Source: Ostreococcus lucimarinus
Taxonomy: Eukaryota
Length of the DNA: 64,000 bases
Assembly (NCBI GenBank): GCA_000092065.1
Contig: CP000586.1
Direction: 5' to 3' (one strand)
Within the stretch, counting starts at the first letter, position 1. Each line of letters starts with the position of its first letter. The notes beneath the pieces were generated by a model. The model was not told the DNA's origin. It was given only the letters and a program-made list of their open reading frames with translations, and ran no database searches. The position numbers were made by a program, and so were the translations under genes. Shown here one piece after another: positions 49,130 to 58,751 of this stretch.

Positions 49130-49951
49130 CTAAGACGACCGCGCGTCCGCGGCGGTGGCGTAACGACCGCCGGCGACGGTCTGATAATTCGCCCTTCGCT
49201 CGCGCTTGGTCGGAACGTTCCCGGAAGGCACGCCCGTGGCGAGCTCGACGCCCGCGTCGTCGACGAGGACGAAGCGCGAGAAATCGTCGCCCCCAGCCCC
49301 GGGCACCCACACGAGCTTCCACGCCACTCTCGATTGAAATTGCACGTGCGCGACGTCTGCCGGTGGTTCCTGCGCGCTGCCGAGTATGCACGTGCACCAC
49401 GACCCGCCCTCGCCCATGGTATCGTCGCGCGCCGCTCGGATGCCTTCGCCGAGGGGATTATCATACGCCATCCCCGCGACGCGTCCCTGATTTTTGTTAT
49501 CGGCGTGCTCGAGAATCATCGTCGTCGCGTCGACGTGATTAAAATCGTTGAAGCAGTGTCCGGTGTTGCCCTTACCGGGCGGCACGTTCGTGAGGTCCTT
49601 CAGTCCCGCGGCCCAGAGCAATTTCGGTCGCACCGTCGCGTCCCAGTCTCCGCTCAGCGTCTCTTCGCTCAGGCTCGCCGCGCGCGCGCGTCCGTTCGCC
49701 GTGCGCTCGAGCGCGGTGCCGGGGTATTCGTTCATGCCGTCGCCGAGCGACGCTCTGGCGCGCGTGCCGTACGTCGCCGCGTCGCTCGAGCGCGCGAAGA
49801 CCAAAAGCGCGGCGCCGAGCGACGCGAGCGTCGAACGACGACGGAGACCGACCGACGACGACGACGACGACGACGACGCGCGCGCGCGTTTACTCGCGTG
49901 CGTTCGCACGGCGGCGCGCGTCGCCGAGGCGGTGACGCGGAACGCGCTCAT
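49130..49951 (-). CDS. Hypothetical plastid protein targeted to the thylakoid lumen (transit peptide plus twin-arginine motif)
   Basis: The N-terminus MSAFRVTASATRAAVRTHASKRARASSSSSSSSVGLRRRSTLASLGAALLVFARSSDAATY reads as a Ser-rich transit peptide, then an RR plus hydrophobic core plus A-x-A cleavage-like site. The mature part of about 200 aa is unrecognised. Confidence 0.5.
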   Translation of the reverse strand: MSAFRVTASATRAAVRTHASKRARASSSSSSSSVGLRRRSTLASLGAALLVFARSSDAATYGTRARASLGDGMNEYPGTALERTANGRARAASLSEETLSGDWDATVRPKLLWAAGLKDLTNVPPGKGNTGHCFNDFNHVDATTMILEHADNKNQGRVAGMAYDNPLGEGIRAARDDTMGEGGSWCTCILGSAQEPPADVAHVQFQSRVAWKLVWVPGAGGDDFSRFVLVDDAGVELATGVPSGNVPTKRERRANYQTVAGGRYATAADARSS

Positions 49952-50105
49952 GCGCGCGCGAGTCTGACGTCAGCGAACGAGCGCGAACGAGCGCGAACGA
50001 GCGCGCGACGCGTCGCGACGCGTGCTGACACTAAACGAAACGAAACTAAACGAAACTAAACCACGAATGCCCACGAAAATCGAATCGAATCGTCTCGCGC
50101 GGCGC

Positions 50106-50636
50106 TCACGAATCGTCGTCGTCGTCGTCGTCGTCCGAAATCGCTCGGCGACACGCCGGGCACACCCGCGCGTCCGCCGACACCCAAGATTTACAGAGCC
50201 CGCACCGCGCGCTCGGCGTCCACGCCGGCGCGCCCGCGATCGAGATCTTCGCCACCGCGCGCATCGTCGCGTAAATCAGCGCCAGCGTCAGACACGCGTC
50301 GATGATTCGCGCCAACAGCGCGCCGTATCTAAACGTCGCCCCGCCGCAGACGAACGCCATCTCCTCCAGCGCCTTCGACCTCGACCCGAGCATCAGCGCG
50401 ACGCTCGGCGAGACGAACGCGTCGATGAACGCGTCCAGGACTTCTTCGACCATCTTCGCGGCGACGACGCCCAGCGCGATCGGCGACGCGCGCGCGAAAT
50501 TCTCGCCCAGAAAGAGCACCAGATTCGTCTCCGCGCGTCGGCGTCGTCGCGCGTCGTCGCGATGCGCGTCGCGGTGGCGATCGGAGATCGGGAGCAACGC
50601 TTCGCGCGCGTCGCTCGTCGTCGTCTCGCGCGCCAT
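50106..50636 (-). CDS. Hypothetical small protein with hydrophobic segments, a C-terminal CxxC...CxxC and a poly-Asp tail
   Basis: ORF with coding-like composition. (GAC)n at the 3' end. No family assigned. Confidence 0.3.
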   Translation of the reverse strand: MARETTTSDAREALLPISDRHRDAHRDDARRRRRAETNLVLFLGENFARASPIALGVVAAKMVEEVLDAFIDAFVSPSVALMLGSRSKALEEMAFVCGGATFRYGALLARIIDACLTLALIYATMRAVAKISIAGAPAWTPSARCGLCKSWVSADARVCPACRRAISDDDDDDDDS

Positions 50637-50793
50637 GGCGTCGCGGGCGCGCGCCGGCGCGGCGCGAGGTGTCGGCGCGCGCGCGGCGACCGACCGTCAG
50701 CGCGGCGACCGACCGCCTCAACACCCCAAAGAAGTAAGTAAGTCAAAGTCGACCGCACTGTATCTTCTCCCGCACTCGACGACGACGGACGGG

Positions 50794-52410
50794 ATGCGGG
50801 AGCGCGACGACGGCGCGACGACGCGCGCGCGACGAGCGATCGCCGTCGTCGGCTGCGTCGGCGGCGTCGCGCTCGCGGTGGCGGCGGTGCTCGAACACGG
50901 AGACGCGATGCGCGCGTGGTACGCGGGCGGCAGCGCGACGGCGATGCTGGGCGGCGCGGACGCGCGCGCGGAGGACGTGCGACGCGCGCGCGCGGCGCTG
51001 GGAACGCCGGCGAGATACCCGAACAGCGCGGCGGCGAGAGCGAGGCGAGAGAGGCGGACGAAGACGAGGAAAGAGGCGCGAAGGATGAAGGCGGGACGAG
51101 ACGGGGACGGGGACGCGGCGCGAGGCTTGGACGACGCGAGTTTAGGGATGTTGGCGCCCGATGCGGTGCCAGAGTACGAGGCGCACGCGTTTAAAGTGCC
51201 GGTGGGAACCGTGGAAAAGACGGCGGAGGAGCTGAATAAGATGGAGGGGTACGGGTACGACGAACGGGGCGAACTCGTCGGGGACGCGTGGCGACGCGAG
51301 TGGCGACGCGCGCAAGACGAGATTATTCGCGAGAGCCTGATGGAGGAGAGGCATCAGTCGAGGGTGAGGCATCACCCGTCGCACGTCCAGCCGTCGCTCG
51401 GGTTTCACCCGCACGCTGGACTCGGTGCTTCGCATCACCCTCACCATCACCGTCGCGGCGAGAAGAAGGCGAGCGGGAAGAAGGCGAAGAGCGACGACGG
51501 CGACTCGTCCAAGTTGGGCTCGAAGGTTGAGCCGCTCAAGACGCCCGTGTACATCATGTCCATGGGAGATAAGCCGGTGCGTAACCCCGATCCCGTGCTC
51601 GGTCGCACGGACAGTGAGCGCACGGAGCACTTGCTCAAGGAGCTCGTGAGAGAGTACGGCACGGCGGCGATTAAAAGCTACGTGCGCTTGACGCCCGGGG
51701 TGGACGTGAGCGACTGGCCCCACGAAGAAGACACGATGCACTTCGCGCTCAAGTCGATCATGAAGAACAAACCGACGGGCGCGCAGCTCGCTACGCTCCC
51801 ATGGCTTAGCTTTTACACCAGTCGCGATAAGGAGGGTCATTTTTCGGACAAGTTTGCGAAGGAGCGCAATCTGTACACGCACATCGGCTGCTTGTTCGGG
51901 CACATGTTCCAGTGGCAGCTCGCCGCCGACGCGAACGACAAGCACGCGTTCATGTTAGAGTCTGACGCTTTTGATAGCTCAATCGTCGGCATGCCGTTCA
52001 AGGACATGCAAACGTTGGCCGACAACGCGCCGAAGGAGTACGACATCATCTTTTTCGATCAACCGAGGGACATGACCTTCGACGAAGCGCCAGAGCATAA
52101 ATTTAAAGACGCCGGCGGGAGTGAAATTTACTTGTTCCGACTCAAGTCGAAGAACACTCAAGGCGGACTCTCGGCTTCGTTGGTTTCCAGGTCGTTTTAT
52201 CCCAAACTTTTCAAGCACCTCTCGCATTTCGGCGGCGACATCGTCGACTCGATGTTAAAGTCGCAGCTCTGCACCGATTCCATGGTGGACGCCACTGGCA
52301 AGTTCACGGGATTCGGCGCGGGCAACAAACCGTGGTTGAAGTGTTACTGGGCTTTGCCCGCGAAGAAAGGCAGGGAATCCCACGGCAAGTTCGTCTACAA
52401 TAACTACTAA
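50794..52410 (+). CDS. Type-II membrane glycosyltransferase, GT25-like family
   Basis: N-terminal TM (AIAVVGCVGGVALAVAAVL). The C-terminal domain VYIMSMGDKPVRNPDPVLGRTDSERTEHL...ERNLYTHIGCLFGHMFQWQLAADANDKHAFMLESDA resembles GT25 (Y.INL.RR.DRR...GCALSH..LW........LILEDDV). ATG at 50794; the ORF extension from 50302 is low complexity. Confidence 0.55.
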   Translation: MRERDDGATTRARRAIAVVGCVGGVALAVAAVLEHGDAMRAWYAGGSATAMLGGADARAEDVRRARAALGTPARYPNSAAARARRERRTKTRKEARRMKAGRDGDGDAARGLDDASLGMLAPDAVPEYEAHAFKVPVGTVEKTAEELNKMEGYGYDERGELVGDAWRREWRRAQDEIIRESLMEERHQSRVRHHPSHVQPSLGFHPHAGLGASHHPHHHRRGEKKASGKKAKSDDGDSSKLGSKVEPLKTPVYIMSMGDKPVRNPDPVLGRTDSERTEHLLKELVREYGTAAIKSYVRLTPGVDVSDWPHEEDTMHFALKSIMKNKPTGAQLATLPWLSFYTSRDKEGHFSDKFAKERNLYTHIGCLFGHMFQWQLAADANDKHAFMLESDAFDSSIVGMPFKDMQTLADNAPKEYDIIFFDQPRDMTFDEAPEHKFKDAGGSEIYLFRLKSKNTQGGLSASLVSRSFYPKLFKHLSHFGGDIVDSMLKSQLCTDSMVDATGKFTGFGAGNKPWLKCYWALPAKKGRESHGKFVYNNY

Positions 52411-52479
52411 AAGTTCGGCGCGCCGGTACCGGTATAGTCGTGTAACAAAACGATTCGAGTCATCATTTCAAAGTCGCTA

Positions 52480-53508
52480 TCAAATCAAGTCGTGTCCCGG
52501 CGTCGGCGGCATCCCGCGTCCGCGAGTGTGGAATCGTGTCGCGGTGACTAAGGAGTGATCGCCGTGCACGATGTGAAACTTATCGATCGCCTCGCTCAAG
52601 CCATCCGTCGTCTTCGTCATCGCGGTGAGGTAATTCAACACGAGGGTGTTCTCGTACTCGTCCGCGAAATCCTCTCGCAACGCCTCGCTCGAGCTCGTTC
52701 GCAACACCACCATCGCCTTCGCGACTTCGCGCAGCACGTCACGATCGAGCACCGCTCTCCCGTCCTTCACCGCGCGAAGATACTCGAGCACTACGGCTAA
52801 TCGATCCCGCAGCGCCGTCGTCGCCGTCGCCGCCGATTCCAAACTCGACGCGAACCGCGCGCTCCGCGAATCCCGCCCCTCCGGCGCGATCTTCGCCACT
52901 TCGTCCACCACGATGCGTTCGGCCTCGAGCATCTCCACCGTAAACGTCTCCTCCCGCAAACCATCGCTCCCGCGCTCGTACCACCGCACCCCCGGCGCGT
53001 CGTCCGCGCCCCCGCGCGCGCTCACCAGCGCGAACACCGCCGCCGCCGCCGCCTCCCCATCGTCCCCATCCCGCGTCGCCCGCGCCATCACGTCCCGCGC
53101 GAACGCGTCCCCGATCGCCAAATCCTCTTCGTTCGCCTCGTCTCGATCGTCCACGACGCGATACCACCCCAGCGGTCGCACGTCGTCCCGCGTTCGCCGC
53201 GCCGCCGCGTCCCGCTCGAGCGCCAGCGCCGCGTCCGCTCGCGTCGTCCCATCGCTCGCCGCTATCGCCGCGCCCTCCACCGCCATCACGATCTCGACCC
53301 GTCGCGCGCGTCCGCTCTCGTCGCGCGCGACGCGGCCGTACAGCGCGCCCACGACGACGTCGTCGCGCGTCGCCGTCGGTTCGCGCTCGCGCGTCGACGC
53401 CGCGCTCGCGTCGTTCGGAGCGCACCGCGCGGCGCGCGCGCGCGCGTAGTGATCGCACGCCGTCGCGGTGACGATCGGGTGGCACGCGCGCGCGACGTCG
53501 CGCGCCAT
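52480..53508 (-). CDS. MPN (Mov34/JAB) domain protein, non-catalytic type (eIF3f / CSN6 / Rpn8-like)
   Basis: MPN start CHPIVTATACDHYAR (VHPLVLLSIVDHYNR-like), PLGWYRVV (GWY block), no JAMM HxH motif seen, and a C-terminal helical region. ATG (cat 53506-53508). Confidence 0.6.
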   Translation of the reverse strand: MARDVARACHPIVTATACDHYARARAARCAPNDASAASTREREPTATRDDVVVGALYGRVARDESGRARRVEIVMAVEGAAIAASDGTTRADAALALERDAAARRTRDDVRPLGWYRVVDDRDEANEEDLAIGDAFARDVMARATRDGDDGEAAAAAVFALVSARGGADDAPGVRWYERGSDGLREETFTVEMLEAERIVVDEVAKIAPEGRDSRSARFASSLESAATATTALRDRLAVVLEYLRAVKDGRAVLDRDVLREVAKAMVVLRTSSSEALREDFADEYENTLVLNYLTAMTKTTDGLSEAIDKFHIVHGDHSLVTATRFHTRGRGMPPTPGHDLI

Positions 53509-53612
53509 GCGCGCCGCGACGCGCGACGAGGCGAAGATTCGATTCGATCGACGACGACGACGCGGCGAAGAGTGACGCCGCACACGCGCGCTGGAGCGCG
53601 CGGCGTCGCGCG

Positions 53613-54021
53613 ATGGACGACGACGCGGACGCGACGCGCGCGACGCGCGCGCGCGCGCGCGACGCGACGCGCGGGACGGCGGGCGATGGATGCGCGCGCG
53701 CGACGGCGGAGTCGTTAGGGACGCGCGACGACGACGACGACGACGACCGCGGACGCGACGAAGACGCGCGGGCGACGACGAGGGCGCGTGCGCGCGAGGC
53801 GCGAGCGTCGACGGACGCGGACGCGCGCGAACGCGCGCGCGCGGACGACGCGCGCGAGGCGGACGACGGAGGCGGACGATCGAACGACGGCGGCGGCGAC
53901 GCGCGGGGCGAGGAGGAAGAGGACGACGACGGGCGAGACGATGGACGCGAGCGCGAACGCGCGAGCTCTGAGAGCGATCAGAGCGATCGGAGTCATCTGG
54001 ATCGCGATGATGGGTCGGAGA

Positions 54022-54054
<33 letters not shown>

Positions 54055-57000
54055 GGCGGCCGGCGGCGAACGTGGCGTATCCGATGTTTTTGTGCGACGA
54101 GCGGCATCGGGATTCGGCGAGGTTGTACGCGGACGACGACGGGGACGATGATGGGGAACGACAGAAGTGGCGCACGAAGGATCGCATGAAGACGGTTTCG
54201 GTGGCTCTGGTGCTTTGCTTGAACATAGGGGTGGACCCGCCCGATACGATGAAAATTTCGCCGTGCGCGCGCATGCAGTGTTGGATCAATCCGATGAGCG
54301 CTCAACCGCAAAACGAGTTGGACGCGATAGGAAAGGCGTTGCAGGCGCAGTACGAGCGATGGCAACCGAGAGCGAAGTATAAGCTTCAACTCGATCCCAC
54401 GACTGAGGATATGAAGAAACTGTGCATATCGTGCCGGAGAAACGCAAAGGGCGAGCGAGTTCTGCTCCACTACAACGGCCACGGAGTTCCGAAACCGACG
54501 GCTAATGGAGAAATTTGGGTTTTCAACAAATCTTACACGCAGTACATCCCGCTGTCGGTGTTTGATTTACAGGCTTGGACTGGGACGCCAGCCATTTACG
54601 TCTTCGACTGTTCCAACGCCGGATTGATCGTCAAATCCTTCTTGAAGCTGTCGGATCCATCTGCCGCGCCGAAAATGTCGCCGCCGACGACGAACGCTGG
54701 CTTGGATTTAGAACGACGCCAAATCGGTCGGTCTTTTGCGTTTGCCGAACTCGAGCATGCGCAACCAAAGTTAGATGCGGGAGATTCCGGTTTCGGGCCG
54801 ACTAATGTCACCAGCACAGCAAACGAGTGTATTTTAATCGCCGCGTGCGGTGCAAATGAAATTTTACCGCAATCGGCCGATCTTCCAGCTGATGTTTTCA
54901 GTGCATGCTTAACGACTCCAGTGAAAATGGCGTTGCATTGGTTTTGCTCGAATTCCGTCCTTCGAGGGCAAGGAATCTCGGCTGATATCATCGACAACAT
55001 CCCAGGAATGCAGAATAATCGCAAGACGCCACTGGGCGAGCTGAATTGGATTTTCACCGCAATCACGGATACGATCGCTTGGAACGTTTTGCCTCGTAGT
55101 CTTTTTCAACGATTGTTCAGGCAAGACTTACTCGTTGCGTCGTTGTTCAGGAATTTCTTGCTCGCCGAACGCATCATGCGTGCAAACAACTGCACGCCTG
55201 TATCATCGCCGAGATTGCCACCCACTCATCAACATCCTATGTGGGCGGCGTGGGATATGGCCGTCGAGCAGTGCTTGCTGCAAATGCCAGCTTTACTTTC
55301 TGGCAATCCAGACACTGAATTCGTGCCGTCGCCTTTCTTCACAGATCAACTCACAGCGTTCGAGGTGTGGTTGGAGTACGGAAGCGAGAACGACGCGCCG
55401 CCTGAACAGTTGCCGATCGTTTTGCAAGTTTTACTCTCTCAGTCGCACCGTTTGCGAGCGTTAATTCTGTTGGGGCGATTCTTGGATTTAGGATTGTGGG
55501 CCGTCGAGCTTGCATTATCTGTCGGCATCTTCCCTTACGTGTTAAAGTTGCTTCAGACGACGGCTCCAGAGTTGCGTCAAATTTTGGTTTTCATATGGAC
55601 GAAGATTCTTGCGCTTGATCGATCGTGTCAAGCCGATCTTGTCAAGGACGACGGTCACGCATATTTCATTCGGTTCTTGCAGAGTTCAAACGTACCGGTT
55701 GAAGAACGCGCGATGGCCGCTTTCATCTTGGCGGTCATCTCAGACGGCCATGAGAAGGGACAGACAGTTTGCATGGCTAGCGGCCTGATGGAGATTTGTT
55801 TACTAAATATCCCGGAAGCGGCACTCCCAGAGACCGGATCACCATTTTTCCTTCGATGGTTGTGTCTTTGCCTCGGAAAGCTGTGGGAAGACAATGTAGA
55901 GGCTCAGAAAGCTGCGTGTAACGCACAGGCGCACGCAATGCTGGCAACCTTGTTCGCGCATTCGTCACCGGATGCCCGTGCAGCGGCCGTGTACTCACTC
56001 GGCTCGCTCATTTCTATTGGTCACACGCTAGACCCCGATTTGCTTCAGAGAGAAGACTCAAAGGACGATTCTCAAACGCAAGAGCTCATGCACGCCATGT
56101 CGTCGACGAGCGTATTATCAACGCAGTCGCCCTCGCCTCGCCCGTTCAGCAGCCACGACGGACAAGAGACATTACCACAGGAAAATTTTGTTTCATCTGG
56201 TGCGATACCCGCAATGGAGCGTGAGGTGGCGATCAATTTGCTCACGACCGCAGAAGATGCGAGTCCAATGGTTAGAGTCGAAACTGCTGTAGCGCTCTCT
56301 CGTATCGCTCGCGCGCACAAAGTCTTCATGCGCGAAGCGGCGATTGCATGGAAACGCGATTACGACACCGTCACGGCGAGACGTGTGGTTGAATCCAAGC
56401 GTAGTGAAAATATCAGCAGTCGCCGTCGCTTCTCAAGTAGCGGATCTTTTGGAGGCTTTGACCATTCGATAGGGAGTACGAAGGGCATGTCCACCGTGGA
56501 TGAAGATGGCGATCGACCGACGAGCTCTCTCACCGTTGAAAATGTGGCGCGCTCGGCCGACGCACAGCAAGGATTATTGGACTCTCACGGTGAATGTAGC
56601 GATGGAGGTTCGATTCCACTCCCGCCTACGTATCCGCAATCGCAGTACGGCGATGATTGGATGCAAGAGCGGACAACTGAAGGACCGAAGGGTGGGTTGT
56701 ACACGCAAATCTTACAAGTGCTGCTCGATCTCGCCACCGACGCAGCTCCGTCTGTTTCCGCGGCAGGAATAAAAGCTCTCATGAGTGTTGGACTGGAAAT
56801 GACGCATCCAATAATGGAAAAAGCGACTAGCACTGGGAGCTTTGCCAAAGAGTCGTCGCAAGAAGCAAAATCGAAGTCGCATCGAAGACAGCCATCATTC
56901 GCAAGCTTAGATTTGGGAAGTTTCGAGCGTTCTTCTTCGAAAGATCTCACCACGAGTCCGAGTGGATCTTTGATGCGCACGGAATCGTGGTCCCAGAGGT

Positions 57001-58712
57001 TAACAAGCATTGGCTCGCGCTTGCTCGGATCACCGACTAAGCCTAAACCAGCTTCAACGCTGAGCGGCACCCGTGAGCCCGGTGCGCAAAGCCCATCTAA
57101 AGCTTCGGGTGGGCGAGGCGCACGATTCGGCGGCTTACGAAAGCAAGCGAGCGGAGGTAAAGACTCGTCGTTCCAAGGTGGAGGGCAGTCGATGAGTTCG
57201 TCGCACCTCCCGGCGTTGAATATTCCGCGCGTAGGATCGCGAACAAGCGACTTGCGACTTTCTCCGAGGAACGATTCACCGCTACGTCGAACGACAAGTA
57301 CGCTCATCTCCGATCACGACCCAGGTTACGATAGCTCGGGGACTTTACCGCGTTTTGGTTCTCACGCGTCCCTTGAATCGCTTGAGTCTCCTCGAATCGG
57401 TGGCGGATCGAATGATACGAGCAGATTCGATCATGCTCACGGCGACGAGTTACCGAGAAGTATGATTTACAAGCGCAGCTGCGCGCACTTTTCGATGGCA
57501 TTGCTCGAATCGGCGCAAGAGGAAGAAGAGAGTGAATTCGACGATGACTTCACAAGTGACGTTCCTCCATGGCTGCGAGCTCCCGATACGAAGCGTCGTG
57601 CGGACAGATTGAGAAGAATGTACGAGAGAATGGCAGAGACGCGAACGACGGAAGAACATCGACTCAAAATGACAGAGTATGTTTCGAGCATTGACGTGGG
57701 TGGAGGTGGCGTCGTGCCCACGTCGATCATCATGCACTCGTTAGAGCCACAAGCCGTCGCCGGCGACAATCGAGGTCGCGTACACGTCTGGGACCACACT
57801 TCATCGCGGATGGTCAACAAGATTGAAACGGGCTTGAAAAGCACCGACATGCTATCCCTCGTGAACGAAACCGACGATGCACTCTTACTCACGGGTTGCG
57901 TCGATGGCTCGGTGAAAATCTGGCGCGACTACGATAAAATTGGTGGTGAATCTCTCGTGACTGCTTGGAATACGCTGCCTTCGCCAACCATCTTACCCGA
58001 CACTGGAAGCACCGGCTCCTTACCGATGTCCCTGTACAAGCCGTCAACGCATTACAACGCCCATGAGTCCACGAAGGCGGTGATCGTTTGGCAGCAGCTG
58101 ACCGGATGTCTTTACGCCACGGGCAATGCGCCTCATCCGTTGCTGCGCGTTTGGGACGTTTCAAGCGAACTCTGCCGGGAGACATTGAGCCTTCAATCAC
58201 AAGGAACGTGTTTGACCGCTGAAGGCGCTCTTCTCATGGCTGGCACAGCAGATGGTGCAGTGTTGTCCTACGATTTGAGAGCGCCCGCACGTTTATTGAG
58301 CGCGATGCAAACGCACACGCAGCCAGTGATTTCAATCCTACTTCAACCTGGAGGCGAAGATAATCTCCTGATCACTGGTTGCTCAGACGGGCAAATCAAG
58401 TTTTGCGATTTGCGCAATGCATCGAAGCCATTTCTCACGACGGAAGTGTCGAGACCATCTGCGGTGCCCAATCGCACCCCATCGCTCACCGCGCTTGTCG
58501 GACATCCTTGCGCCCGCGTGATTGCCTCGGGATCATCTGAGCGCGCCATCAAGCTTTGGGATTTGCAAGGTCACAATTTCGCCTCAATTCAGTACACGAA
58601 CTCGTTCCTTGGGCAACGAATAGGTTCCGTCACCGCGCTCTCGTTCCATCCGAACTTGATGTACCTCGCAGCTGGTAGCAGCGCTGGTCACGCCACAATT
58701 TATAGTCATTAG
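53613..58712 (+). CDS. RAPTOR: Raptor (regulatory-associated protein of TOR): RNC caspase-like domain, HEAT/ARM repeats and C-terminal WD40
   Basis: VSVALVLCLNIGVDPPD...LQLDPTTEDMKKLCISCRRNAKGERVLLHYNGHGVPKPTANGEIWVFNKSYTQYIPLSVFDLQAWTGTPAIYVFDCSNAG is the conserved RNC block. WD40 repeats at the C-terminus (GCVDGSVKIWRD, GSSERAIKLWDL). 1699 aa, no intron. Confidence 0.9.
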
Positions 58713-58751
58713 CAAAATAGAAATGTCATCAACACGTTTTGTACAAATTAA

